Counted from the stretch's first letter, positions 50,572 to 61,720 are shown. The stretch: 64,000 nt of DNA from an uncultured Methanosarcinaceae archaeon (GCA_963721455.1 CAVRJG010000015.1:64001-128000), one strand, 5' to 3'. Numbers and translations: made by a program. The notes: generated by a model from the letters alone, not told the origin.

Positions 50572-50937
50572 TTATTCGATTTTTACTCCTATACTTGCGC
50601 CCTCAAGTTTCCATTCATATCTTTTCAGTTCCAGCGAATCGTTAAGGCACTGCCCTGTCCTTATGTCAAATTTTCTGCCGTGGCAGAGGCACGTGAGAAC
50701 AAAATCTTCAAGCCTCCCCCTGTCCATGGGACAGCGGGCATGGGGACAGATGTTTGACAAAGCATTGATCTGTCCTTCACTTCTAACCAGAAGGACATCC
50801 TTTCCCCCGGCTGTGACATGAAGGAGTTTTCCCTCTTTTAAGTTATTCTCCTCAACTGCATAATACCACGGAGGCTCAAAGCCGGAAACAGAACCTGTTT
50901 CAGATATTTTTTCAGAAGACATGTTATCAATCACCAT
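50572..50937 (-). CDS. Rieske [2Fe-2S] ferredoxin
   Basis: CPHA...CLCHG..FD..TG motif. Confidence 0.9.
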   Translation of the reverse strand: MVIDNMSSEKISETGSVSGFEPPWYYAVEENNLKEGKLLHVTAGGKDVLLVRSEGQINALSNICPHARCPMDRGRLEDFVLTCLCHGRKFDIRTGQCLNDSLELKRYEWKLEGASIGVKIE

Positions 50938-51072
50938 AAATAGGAATCCTGAATTTGCCTGTATCTTCCGGAATTCTTTCCTTAATATTAAGCTGGAGAT
51001 CGGTATAAGTTTTTCTAAACTCGGAAAAAAATGAGTAAGAAAAATTAGAAAACAGAAAGCAAAAAAGGAACA

Positions 51073-51109
51073 GTGAAATACCCCTAAGCTAAAGACTTCG
51101 GGGTTTCAC
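51073..51109. mobile_element. isolated IS200/IS605-type end hairpin (REP/MITE-like remnant)
   Basis: GTGAAA-TA-CCCC-TAAG-CTAAAGA-CTTC-GGGG-TTTCAC. The CCCC...CTAAAG...GGGG hairpin resembles IS200/IS605 ends; no transposase nearby. Confidence 0.45.
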
Positions 51110-51131
51110 GCTTCTTCCTGTAAAAAAATAT

Positions 51132-52586
51132 TTAATGAAGGTTTCCGTCTTCATTGAGAATCTTCAAAAGCTCAATGATTGAGTATGAAGCCCTGGTAAT
51201 ACCCATACTGCGCCGGTCAGTATCCGTGCCTGCCACATAGAGATTTTTAACCGGAGTCCGGATATCTGAAAATTTTCCGTCAATCGTGACTGCGGCTTTC
51301 TCGGGAATGAGAATCTGCTCATGCTGCATCTCGATATACTTTTCGATATTCGGATGAGCGCGGAAAATCGTGTCATAGGCCTTCTTGAGTTCCTGTTCCT
51401 CACTTTTATTCTCGTCAATCACAAAGGAAAAGCCTACAAGCTGTTTGTCCTTTGGGACAAGGGAAGGGTCATAATTACTTATAGGCATTGCCCAGTAGGC
51501 AAAATCCTTAAACCAGATCTCCGAGCCCGTGTAATTGAATTCCGGAAGCTCATTTTCCAGACCGAGCCAGATAGTCAGGCTTTTGCTATGAACGATGCCT
51601 TTTAAATTTCCAGTATACTCCGAAGGGAGATCCTTTATAAGCGTGGGAAGCTCCGTTGCAAAGCCTGTGTAGATAACCAGCTCAGAGGTATAAATTTCGT
51701 CGGCTTCCACGCCTGAAACCTTTCCTTCCTGTACAAGGATGGATTTAACCTCACATTCCTTTTTGATCTCAACTGTTTCAGGAAGGGAGTAAAGGATGGC
51801 GTTAAGCAGGGCTTTTAACCCTTTTCTGGGGTAGCCCTGGGAGTAATTTACATTATTTGTTGCAAGCCTTTCCAGGGATGTAAACGGCTGGGTGACCCTG
51901 GTCATCCTGGCCTGAAGGGAAGCATGGAGATGGTACGGAAGGATTGAGGCAAGGATGGACTCCGCAGACGGGATTTTTTTCGGCTCCAGTTTCCCGATCA
52001 TGGCATCAAACTGTTCCTGGGTAATGCTGTCCCTGACAAAACTGCTTCCCGAAAGGACACGCTGGGCAGAAGTTTCTTTCATGGACCTGCCCGAAAGGAA
52101 AGTGCATATTGTATCCACAAAGTCACAAGTGTCCTTTGAAAGGTTTTTGGGCATGAAGTCGTACACTGACTGATTCGAGAGATCTATTCCGAATGAAGAG
52201 AGGGTAAAAGCCTTCGTCAGGGTCTGGGAAAGCATAACCCTGTCTTTTCTCGGAAGGACATCAAAAGTCACAAAATCTTTCAGGTTTGAAGGAACCTTGA
52301 TAAGGGCATTTTCGGTCCTGACGTAGTAATGCCCATAGTCCTCAAATACAGGCAGGAAATCAAAGTAGTTAGCCATCAGCCTTTTCAGGGGCCCCTCAAA
52401 CAGATGGGTTATAGCGTGTGCTCCAGTGTCCACCTGGTAGCCGTCTACCATGTAGCTGTTACAGTTCCCACCAAGATGCCGCCTTTTCTCAAGAACAAGG
52501 ACCTTTTTCCCATGCTTTGAAAGCGTCAGCGCCGCCAGAAGCCCGCTTATTCCCGCCCCGACAACAATTACATCGTATTTTTTCAT
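51132..52586 (-). CDS. phytoene desaturase-like FAD-dependent oxidoreductase
   Basis: VVGAGISGLLAA..L...G..VLVLEK....GG, VDTGAH, NLYVAG motifs. Confidence 0.88.
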   Translation of the reverse strand: MKKYDVIVVGAGISGLLAALTLSKHGKKVLVLEKRRHLGGNCNSYMVDGYQVDTGAHAITHLFEGPLKRLMANYFDFLPVFEDYGHYYVRTENALIKVPSNLKDFVTFDVLPRKDRVMLSQTLTKAFTLSSFGIDLSNQSVYDFMPKNLSKDTCDFVDTICTFLSGRSMKETSAQRVLSGSSFVRDSITQEQFDAMIGKLEPKKIPSAESILASILPYHLHASLQARMTRVTQPFTSLERLATNNVNYSQGYPRKGLKALLNAILYSLPETVEIKKECEVKSILVQEGKVSGVEADEIYTSELVIYTGFATELPTLIKDLPSEYTGNLKGIVHSKSLTIWLGLENELPEFNYTGSEIWFKDFAYWAMPISNYDPSLVPKDKQLVGFSFVIDENKSEEQELKKAYDTIFRAHPNIEKYIEMQHEQILIPEKAAVTIDGKFSDIRTPVKNLYVAGTDTDRRSMGITRASYSIIELLKILNEDGNLH

Positions 52587-53660
52587 TCCCTAAACTACCT
52601 CTATTATTTCCAGTGAATCAAGTTATAATTTAATGCAATTATGCACTTTATTCCTCTCAACTCACAATAGAATCCCGCATTAGCTGGTTAGATGAAAGCT
52701 ATGTTGAAGCTATAAAGAATTACTCTGAGTCCGGAATATGTGTGAAATCATTTTATATAATTTATGATTTACCAACTTTACCCTTAATTTCTCATTATGT
52801 TTGTAGAATACCATAGAGAAGAAAAATAGTATTTATAATTAGTAGTCCTTTGTGAAGAAGATTGTCAAAAAAGTGGTATATTTCTTCTTTAAGTGATATT
52901 ACTTGTTACAAGTTAGGAATTTTAGGAAAAGATCGGGATATTTATATTTCGGATTTAAAACCGGGAAACGATGGAAACTACGCCGAAATGATTCCGTTTT
53001 TTGCAGATTTGATTATGCCCCAGCGTTCAATACTTTTGAAATATCTATCAGTTATTATGGTCAAACCAAACCTTCCTTGTCTTCATACCGGGTAGGGAGA
53101 GAAAATACTCTCGAGCCTATAAGAATAAAAGTACTTTTAATGCGTTTAATTACAATTCCTCGAAGCTTATTCTTCAATGCGTACTCTCTTGAACTTAAGG
53201 TAAACCAGTAACATTCCAATGAAAGTGCCAAAGACCACATACTTTATGAGTTTTTTTATACTTATCAAATTTATCATCCCCCCATTTTATACATAGTTAA
53301 TATTGCAATCCACATATACAAACTTTCCCACAAAAATTTCAAAAGATCAATCAGGTGATTTTATTCGGAAGGTTACAACACTCCTTGGATTATATGAATT
53401 GAGTATTTTGTCTTTCAAATTCTGGAAAATCCTTTTCCAATACTGAAAAATTATTTAAAAAAGTAAGAAGGATTACTGGATAAGAATCATTAAAAAATTT
53501 GAGTTTGTATTTGAACCGAACTGCGGCAAAAGGGGAAGCCCTGTCCTTCTAATGAATGGGAAATACAAAACGGCCTGAGTATAACTTAGAAATAAGAAAA
53601 ATGACTTACAGGCTTCTTGTGAGCTCTTACATTTGCACTTACACTTACCCTCTCATCCAA

Positions 53661-55970
53661 TTATGCAACTATTGGCGCGTAAAGGTATTCCTGAAATCCA
53701 ACAAACAGTTCTCTTGTTTTAGCAATGCCGCCCAATACTTCCGTAGCATCGCTTATTGTATGATATTTGAGTTCAAGAAGGCCAGGCAATTTATCCTGAC
53801 TGAGTTCTCCAACACCTGTTTCTATATATTTGGATAGGACAAAATCCAGAAACTCTTTTTGCTTATCATTCAACCCTTCAAAAATTCTTGATTGTGCCTT
53901 ATTTACCCTCATTTCCCTTGTGATAGGGAGCAGGGCAAAAGAAACATATTCCAATACATCAAACAGGTCGCTTTTTTCAGCATCTATAAGTTTTTGTAAT
54001 GTTATAAGTTCATTCATACCGTAACCTGCTTCGGCAAGTTTTTCAAGGAATACGCTGCGTGTCACCGGATTTGACCAGATTGTACGAAGCTCATTTTCAT
54101 CCTTAAAAAATTCTGGCAAAATGCCGAACAGGTTTTGTAAAAACTCTTGTGCTGAAATCGGTTTACCGTCTGCACTCCAAAAAGAGGTAGAAATCATGTG
54201 TTGAATCTCACGCTCTTTGCCATCACGCAGCCTTATCTTGAGTTTTTTCTTTGTCTCTTTCTCGTCCTCTTCCGACGAACCATAGGTTCCTTTCGGTTCT
54301 GTTACTTTTTTCGGCGTCTCAGGTTTAGTCTCAGGTTCCATCGGTTCACCATCCCATTCCGGATCGGCAAAATGATGGTAGGCATTTACAAAATCGTAAA
54401 TGGTGAAATATTCTTTTCCATCAAACAGCCGTGTGCCACGCCCAACTATCTGCTTAAACTCAATCATGGAGTTTATCGGACGCATGAGAATTATATTTCG
54501 GATGTTTCTGGCATCAACGCCAGTGGAAAGCTTTTGCGAGGTAGTGAGAATCGTTGGGATCGTATTTTCATTGTCCTGAAATTCACGCAAATACTGTTCA
54601 CCAAGCGCACCATCGTTGGCAGTAACACGAACACAGTAGTTCGGTTCTCTGCTTTTTTTATATTGATTAACCAGATCCCGAACTACCACTGCATGATCTT
54701 GGGTGGCACAGAAAACAATTGACTTTTCTTTCTGATCGATTTCAGAAAGAAAGATCTGTACCCGCTTTGCTTCACGTTCTTTGATTTCGATGATTCGATT
54801 GAAATCGGCTTCGGTATAGATTTTCCCTTCTTCGACTTCTCCTTCAATGATCTGGTCATCCGAAGTGTAAATATAGTCATCAAGTGTGGTTTTTATCCGC
54901 TTTACTTTGAACGGCGTAAGGAAACCATCGTTAATACCTTCTTTCAGTGAGTAGATGTATACCGGATCACCGAAATACCTGTAGGTGTCCACATTGTCAT
55001 TGCGTTTGGGCGTTGCGGTTAAACCAAGCTGAACTGCCGGAGAAAAGTATTCCATGATGCTGCGCCAGTTGCCTTCATCATTTGCGCCTCCTCGATGGCA
55101 CTCATCAATGATAATAAAATCAAAATAATCCGCAGGATATTCACCAAAATACGGCGTGTTTTCCGGCCCACTCATGAAGGTCTGGAAGATGGTAAAGAAT
55201 ATGCTGCCGTTGATTGGCACACTCCCTTTCTTGCTGATTTCTTTAGGACTGATACGTACCAGCGCATCTTCCGGAAAGGCTGAAAAGGCATTAAAAGCCT
55301 GGTCAGCCAGAATGTTTCTATCTGCTAGGAACAAAATCCTGGGCATGCGCCCACCATCACGCTTCAGGTTCCATCGGGTTTGAAAAAGTTTCCAGGCAAT
55401 CTGAAAAGCAATGAAGGTTTTTCCTGTACCGGTGGCCAGGGTGAGCAGGATACGTTGTTTTTCTTCGGCAATGGCATCCATGGCATTGTTGACCGCAATT
55501 TCCTGATAGTAGCGCACAGCCTTGGTGCCGCCCACATTTTCAAACGGTACCTGATAAAATGTTTCACGCCATTGGTTTTGAGTGGCGAATGTCTTGTTCC
55601 AGAGTTCATCCGGCGTAGGAAAACTGGCAATTAAACCTTCTGCGCCGGTTTTCATGCAGATCTGATAAATTTCTTTACCATTGGCAGCAAAGGTAGTTTC
55701 GATGTGCATTTTTTCGGCATAATTTTTTGCCTGCGCCACTCCTTCGCCAACTTCAAGTTCATCGCTTTTGGCTTCGATAACTGCAAGTTTGCGGTCTTTA
55801 TAAACCAGAACATAATCAGCTTTGAGCGGTTTAGCACGTCCCCCACCGGTCTGAATTCTACCTAAAGTTATATAGTATTCCCGAAGGATTTTTGAACCTT
55901 CTACAACACCCCAGCCGCTTTCAGTCAGCTTCGGGTCGATGAGTTCTGCCCTGGTTTCCGCTTCGTTCAT
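53661..55970 (-). CDS. hsdR: type I restriction enzyme R subunit (EcoAI/EcoEI-like)
   Basis: EAETRA..ID..L, IEAK, LATGTGKT, DECHRG, GLTATP, STGVD, QIVGRGTR motifs. Confidence 0.95.
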   Translation of the reverse strand: MNEAETRAELIDPKLTESGWGVVEGSKILREYYITLGRIQTGGGRAKPLKADYVLVYKDRKLAVIEAKSDELEVGEGVAQAKNYAEKMHIETTFAANGKEIYQICMKTGAEGLIASFPTPDELWNKTFATQNQWRETFYQVPFENVGGTKAVRYYQEIAVNNAMDAIAEEKQRILLTLATGTGKTFIAFQIAWKLFQTRWNLKRDGGRMPRILFLADRNILADQAFNAFSAFPEDALVRISPKEISKKGSVPINGSIFFTIFQTFMSGPENTPYFGEYPADYFDFIIIDECHRGGANDEGNWRSIMEYFSPAVQLGLTATPKRNDNVDTYRYFGDPVYIYSLKEGINDGFLTPFKVKRIKTTLDDYIYTSDDQIIEGEVEEGKIYTEADFNRIIEIKEREAKRVQIFLSEIDQKEKSIVFCATQDHAVVVRDLVNQYKKSREPNYCVRVTANDGALGEQYLREFQDNENTIPTILTTSQKLSTGVDARNIRNIILMRPINSMIEFKQIVGRGTRLFDGKEYFTIYDFVNAYHHFADPEWDGEPMEPETKPETPKKVTEPKGTYGSSEEDEKETKKKLKIRLRDGKEREIQHMISTSFWSADGKPISAQEFLQNLFGILPEFFKDENELRTIWSNPVTRSVFLEKLAEAGYGMNELITLQKLIDAEKSDLFDVLEYVSFALLPITREMRVNKAQSRIFEGLNDKQKEFLDFVLSKYIETGVGELSQDKLPGLLELKYHTISDATEVLGGIAKTRELFVGFQEYLYAPIVA

Positions 55971-55972
55971 GG

Positions 55973-57200
55973 TTATGCACCTGCAAGTTCGCCGTTAAAG
56001 GCTTTCTGTAACACGGATTTTTTCAGTTCATCCAGAGCAGCCAGTTTTTGCTGGTAGATTGCTTCGAGCCTTTTGGTTTCAGCGGAAAGAGCGTCGAGTT
56101 TTGAGACGATGGAGCGTTGTTCGGAGAGAGGGGGTAAGAGAAAGTTGTAACGTCTTTGAGTCGGGAACTCGCATATGCTGAACTAGTTGAACCAGAGGCC
56201 AAGGCTTTTATCTGACCCTGCAAATCGCTCAGATTGAAATGCATAAAGCAAGAACCTGTTGATCTAATTTTGCTTGCATTAGCTCGAATAGGAAACTATG
56301 CGCTGACCTAGGAATACTATTGTCGTCAGTGAGAAGCATGCCGACCTCTCCCAATGGAGCCTCTCGCGTCAATAGAATGTCACCTACCATAGGAACCTGC
56401 CGACGGGTCCATATTTTATAAACATTCTCGCGTGACGTAGTTCACTGAATTGCAGGTTCACTTTGCCATTTCCAACGTTCGTTGTTCGAATCATTTTAAC
56501 GTGGGTAGAGCTTACTCACTATTGAAGTCCGTTTTGCTTAACGCAAATCCATGATCGATTCGCATACATCTTCGATCCGCAACTCTTTCCCACCCATCCC
56601 CCGGATTGGAAAAGACACTTTGCAGATACGACTCAAAAAGCTCGCGGGAATTTTGCAGATTCTTTTCGGCGTTTTCTTTTGCCTTGTCGATAGCGGCAAA
56701 AGTTTCATCCAGAATGGAAACGATGCGCTGTTGTTCGGAGAGAGGATTTGGGATAGATAATAATCATATTCTCTGATTAACTGTGAGTACACTGCAGGAT
56801 AACTTGTCACAGTCTTGAACATTCCAATGCATACTTCTGCGATTAAAATTGATCTATTAGCAAATAATATAAATAATCGTGCATGAGTTATATTCATCAA
56901 TTTTCTCTGATACAAAACAGTAATTCGACTGCAAGTTAATTATCGTCTTCATCTGTAAAAGACAAATTCCCATTACAGTTGCCCTATCTGTCAGCAAATC
57001 ATAATATCATTGCTTTTAACATTTTCAGATGCTCATTGCATGTTTCTTAATAATGCTGATATTTTCACTGAAATTTACATTGTTAACATTGATGACATCA
57101 ATATCATAAACTCTATTTAGGTATTGATGGGATTAATCCTTTCTGGAGTCTTGAACTCACAAACTTCTCCCAGTTTCTTTACTTCCCAATTCTTCTTCAT
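55973..57200 (-). pseudogene. hsdS: type I R-M specificity subunit with many indels in both TRDs
   Basis: ATG overlaps the hsdM stop (MKKNWEVKKLGEVC). The central conserved region PLSEQQRIVSILDETFAAIDKAKENAEKNLQNSRELFESYLQSVF and the C-terminal PLSEQRSIVSKLD...KSVLQKAFNGEL are readable, but the TRDs are broken. Confidence 0.88.
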
Positions 57201-58651
57201 ACCAACCCTCGGATCGCATTCAAGATTTCCGCACTTTCCTCATCCAGCGCCTGAATCTCGTCCAGTATCTCCTGCGGATCGCGCAGCACTGTTTCATCCT
57301 TTTTATGCGGATTCTTCACCGACAGGTCATAGGTGGTTTTATCCACGTCAGCAATATTTACCGACCAGGAATTTTCGGAATCAGCTTTTGTTTTCTGCAA
57401 CTCCACAAACTCCGCCAGATCGTTTTCATTCAGAGGATTGGTCTTGCCGAGGTTTCTGTCCAGATTGAGCTGATAAAACCAGACATTTCTTGTAGGCGCA
57501 CCTTTTTCAAAAAAAAGCACGACTGTTTTAACCCCTGCACCTGTGAAAGTGCCGCCTGGCAAATCCAGAACCGTGTGCAGATTGCAGTTTTCCAGAAGCA
57601 GTTTACGCAGGCTTACGGATGCATTGTCGGTATTTGAAAGAAAGGTGTTCTTGATTACTATGCCAGCTCTGCCGCCTGCTTTTAAAATTTTTATGAAATG
57701 CTGAAGGAACAGAAAAGCGGTTTCGCCGGTTTTGATAGGGAAATTTTGCTGCACCTCGGCGCGTTCCTTGCCGCCAAAAGGAGGATTGGCAACCACGATA
57801 TCGTAACGGTCTTTTTCCTGAATATCGGCAAGGTTTTCGGCAAGGGTATTTGTATGCACAATATTGGGCGCTTCGATGCCGTGCAGAATCATATTCATGA
57901 TGCCGATGATGTAGGCAAGCGACTTCTTTTCTTTACCGTAGAATGTATTTTTCTGGAGAATCTCCACATCTCTGGTGGTCAGGTTCTTGCTCTTTCTCAT
58001 GTATTCAAAGGATTCCACCAGAAAACCGGCTGAACCCACAGCCCCATCATAGACCTTGTTTCCGATTGATGGAGCAACCACCTTCACGATTGTTTTGATA
58101 AGAGGACGGGGAGTGTAGTATTCGCCGCCGTTTCGGCCTGCATTGCCCATGTTCTTGATTTTGTCTTCGTACAGGTGCGACATCTCATGCTTTTCGGCCT
58201 GGGAACGGAAGTGGAGCTCATCAATCATGTTGAGCACTTCGCGCAGGTTGTATCCGCTCTGAATCTTATTTCTCAATTCGCTGAAGATCTCCCCGATTTT
58301 GTATCCGATAGTATCCGCACTTTCGGCATCGACTTTGAACTTTTTCAGGTAGGGAAACAGCTTGAGGTTGACAAAATCTTCAAGGTCACTGCCTGTAAGC
58401 TCTTTTTGATGGTCTATTTTACCCTCGGTGTCTTTGGGAACTGCCCAGGCATCCCATTTATACTCCGGACTGATAATTTCTATATAAACCTCGCCTTTCA
58501 GCTCTGCCTTATCTTTGTTATCTCTTTCAAGATCGTCCAGATATTTCAAAAAGAGAATCCACGAAGTCTGCTCCACATAATCAAGTTCGCTACTGCAACC
58601 GGCATCTTTACGAAGAGCGTCATCGACGTTTTTAAAAGTTTGTTCAAACAT
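57197..58651 (-). CDS. hsdM: type I R-M N6-adenine methyltransferase
   Basis: GEYYTPR, YDGAVGSAGFL, ANPPFGG motifs. Confidence 0.95.
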   Translation of the reverse strand: MFEQTFKNVDDALRKDAGCSSELDYVEQTSWILFLKYLDDLERDNKDKAELKGEVYIEIISPEYKWDAWAVPKDTEGKIDHQKELTGSDLEDFVNLKLFPYLKKFKVDAESADTIGYKIGEIFSELRNKIQSGYNLREVLNMIDELHFRSQAEKHEMSHLYEDKIKNMGNAGRNGGEYYTPRPLIKTIVKVVAPSIGNKVYDGAVGSAGFLVESFEYMRKSKNLTTRDVEILQKNTFYGKEKKSLAYIIGIMNMILHGIEAPNIVHTNTLAENLADIQEKDRYDIVVANPPFGGKERAEVQQNFPIKTGETAFLFLQHFIKILKAGGRAGIVIKNTFLSNTDNASVSLRKLLLENCNLHTVLDLPGGTFTGAGVKTVVLFFEKGAPTRNVWFYQLNLDRNLGKTNPLNENDLAEFVELQKTKADSENSWSVNIADVDKTTYDLSVKNPHKKDETVLRDPQEILDEIQALDEESAEILNAIRGLV

Positions 58652-59043
58652 GTTATTATCGTTCCGTTGATAGATTTTTCTGCTTAGCCAACACCCTCGG
58701 CTTTGCTCAGGAAGAACATCTGCAATGTGTTTTCGGGGTCAGGGTTAATAAACAGTTCGATTTCTTTACGTTTTCCAATTATTTTGGTATTCTGCTAACA
58801 GTAGATGAAGGAATAGTCTATGAATATAATTTTGTACGTTATAATCTTTTCATAATCTTTTCACATTTGAGGTGCTATTAGACCAAATAAACTAACTCCT
58901 AAAATTGATTAAACAATCAACCCGTTTTTATCTTTTTCAAACTAATCAAGATTATCTACAACCCAGTAAAAGTTACAAAAGAGATAATAAAGTTTTAATT
59001 GAATACAGTAGTGTTATTTTGTAAAAATTCAGAGAGGGAAACC

Positions 59044-59715
59044 ATGAAGATAGTCGGAATATCATCAAGCCCAAGAGGCAAGAACAGTAATACCTTAAAA
59101 TTGCTGGATGCAGCCCTTGAAGGAGCTGCAAAAGCAGGAGCTGAAGTTGAGTCTATCGACGTTGCAAAGCTAAAGATCAAATACTGCACCGCATGCGATT
59201 CATGCTATGAGAAAGGAGTATGCTCAATAAAAGATGACTACCAGGCTTTACTGGAAAAGCTGCTGGACGCTGACGGCATAATCTGGAGCAGCCCGAACTA
59301 CATAACAAATGTGACAGCCCAGCTCAAGACGGTCTTTGATAGAAGTCCGCTTGTCATTCATGAGCAGCTCTTTGACGGAAAATACAGTCTTTCCTTAACA
59401 ACTGCAGGCAGCGATGAGCTTGATTTTGTCCTTGGCATTATGGATAATTTTATGGTACACTGTGGAGGCAACTCTATCGGAGGAGTGGGCTGTGCAGTGG
59501 CACGGGGACCTGAAGCAATGGAAGCAGCAGTTGAGAAATCGCGTGAAATGGGTAAAGACCTTGCTGAAGCGATAAAAGAGAAAAGACAATACCCTGAACA
59601 GGAAGCTTTGCATGAAGCCTTCCGAGAACGGTTCAAGTATGTTATCCTTTCTAACAAAGACCGCTGGACACACAACTGCGATTACTGGATAGAAAAAGGC
59701 TGGATTAAAGGATAA
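59044..59715 (+). CDS. iron-sulfur flavoprotein / flavodoxin-family protein
   Basis: ISSSPR...NT, CTACDSCYEKGVC (CX2CX2CX5C), SPNY...V..QLK...DR motifs. Confidence 0.9.
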   Translation: MKIVGISSSPRGKNSNTLKLLDAALEGAAKAGAEVESIDVAKLKIKYCTACDSCYEKGVCSIKDDYQALLEKLLDADGIIWSSPNYITNVTAQLKTVFDRSPLVIHEQLFDGKYSLSLTTAGSDELDFVLGIMDNFMVHCGGNSIGGVGCAVARGPEAMEAAVEKSREMGKDLAEAIKEKRQYPEQEALHEAFRERFKYVILSNKDRWTHNCDYWIEKGWIKG

Positions 59716-59761
59716 GGATAAGGATAAATTTTCAAGTTGATATTACGGGGAAAGTGATTAT

Positions 59762-60569
59762 ATGGGGAAAACTGGGATATTAAGCGTTAAAGAGCTGGGG
59801 GAAAAGCTTACTGAAGCCGGAAGGCTGAAACTGCGTCCTCTATGTGTCTATGGCACGGATGAGCTTCCGGAAGGAGCAGTTCCATCTTACACGGTAGACC
59901 GCTGTGTAGCAAAAGCAGTCTATACTGCCGCCTTCTTTGAAGAGACTCCTTCACTGTATATTGAGTCAGCTCACGAACAGTGCTGCGCCGGCGGAATGGT
60001 ATGGATGGGGCTCGCTGAACCGCACCCGAAGCTGAAGTACTTCGTGACTGTGGGCACACCGGACTTTCGAGGCGGCGCTGCTGAGCATTTAAAGGCAACG
60101 CCTGAGCTGTTCGATGAACAGAAGAGACCGCGCAGGGAAAATTACTCCTCCTGGAAAATACACCGTCATTGCACCGTGTACTGATGACATTGCACCTGAA
60201 ACTGTCAGGTCCTTTATCCTGTTCGCAGGCAGCGAGCAGATCAGGAACCTCTGCGGGCTGGCGCAGTTCAACAACTCCGACCCCTTCTTCAGAACGGTAA
60301 TACCCGGGGGGCCCACCTGTGCTGTAATGATTGCTTTTCCGGCAGGCATGGCAGAAAATGCGCCAAAAGACTCAGCTTTTGTCGGTCCGACCGATCCGAC
60401 TGGAAACCCCTGGCTGCCTCCGGAATTGATGGTCATGGGCATACCCTCAGCACTGGCGCAGCAGATGGCAGCCGACCTGGAGGAGTCTTTTATCTGCAAA
60501 CGGAGCAGGATAGCATATCCTGAGAACCGTATAGTTATAAAATCACAGACAAAAGATATGCAGAAATGA
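59762..60569 (+). pseudogene. DUF169-family protein split by a frameshift near 60120
   Basis: The overlapping ORFs 59762..60184 and 60114..60569 join into one ~268-aa protein (C...CCAGG...GPTC...D). Confidence 0.7.
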
Positions 60570-60589
60570 AAGGATAACTAAGAGCAGTC

Positions 60590-61093
60590 TCAGGATTCAG
60601 CCTGTTTTGAGAAGAATTCTATCAGCTTTGACCGGAATTCGTCAAGTACAGGCAGAGACATCTTCATTTGTGACAGACGAGAAACGGCGGATTCAGCATA
60701 TCTCCGGGCAGATTCTCGGTCTGCTTTTCTAGCAGTCCACATAGCACAGAACTGGTACGCTGTGAGCGCATCAATTTCAGCTGTAAAGCCGCTTGTCGTA
60801 CCAACGCGCATGAGAAAACGATTAAGTATCATATCTTGCTTGGAATCTATATTTGCAACCACAGAAGGATGCCACTCTATCGCATTTGTAATTGACCAAT
60901 GTGTATCGAAACGCATAGAAATTGGTGTATCAGGTAGTACGGAAAGCTCATACATGCCATCCTCATTTGTGTACGTATGACCCACTTCACGAAGAGAATT
61001 GTTTTCTTCTACCCAGGCCGACACCTGTATCATAAAAATCGGCTTCTGATCATACCCCTGTACCTTCCCATGAATTGATATTTCTCCAGACAT
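60590..61093 (-). CDS. hypothetical protein with N-terminal carboxypeptidase-regulatory/prealbumin-like beta domain
   Basis: I.G.V......PI....V...TYTNEDGMYEL pattern; GGGAGG RBS. Confidence 0.65.
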   Translation of the reverse strand: MSGEISIHGKVQGYDQKPIFMIQVSAWVEENNSLREVGHTYTNEDGMYELSVLPDTPISMRFDTHWSITNAIEWHPSVVANIDSKQDMILNRFLMRVGTTSGFTAEIDALTAYQFCAMWTARKADRESARRYAESAVSRLSQMKMSLPVLDEFRSKLIEFFSKQAES

Positions 61094-61720
61094 AAAAACC
61101 TCCCACTAAGTTGTGTTTAGACGACGCAGACTACGAGATCCTCGATTATACTATTCATGTCTTGCGTCGGTAACTCATTTCTCCTTTTTATTGTAATTGA
61201 GGCGAACCTCACATTATATTATATGTCAAGGAATATAATATCTGATGGGATAAGATGACTATTATTCTCCAAAGATGCAATGTAAAAGAAAGGTCCAGAG
61301 GAATAATAAATCTAAAAAGAATGGGTGATCTATCAATAATAAACTGATATTTTTCTAAACAATTCGCATACTCGCATCTGCTTTCATTTTCCGAGTTGTG
61401 TACCTGCACATGGATAAGCTTAGAAAACAGGAACGGGTGAACAAAGTGTGTTCTAAGATGAAATGTCAACCAACTAATTGCCATCTGCAATTGCTGCTAA
61501 AGGAGCACTACATACCTGAATGCAAAATACCAGCCCGGATCTAATTTTTTCATGCCAGAAAGTTAAACAGGTTCAGAATATCCGGGCGCTCGATATTTAA
61601 ACATTAAAAACAAAAAAGCGTCCCGGTATTTTAGCCCTTAAGGCGCTCACTGTATATTATCCTGCATTCATGCCTGCCCTTATTATACAGAATTTATTTC
61701 TCCCATACAATGGTGGTTTT

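Noticed and set aside
52862-53211. Short overlapping plus-strand ORFs, including possible amber readthrough at 53093-53095
   Set aside because: Readthrough adds only 8 codons; no recognisable family, at most a remnant.
61209-61490. 93-aa minus-strand ORF / possible transposase remnant
   Set aside because: No DDE or other transposase motif and no terminal repeats seen.
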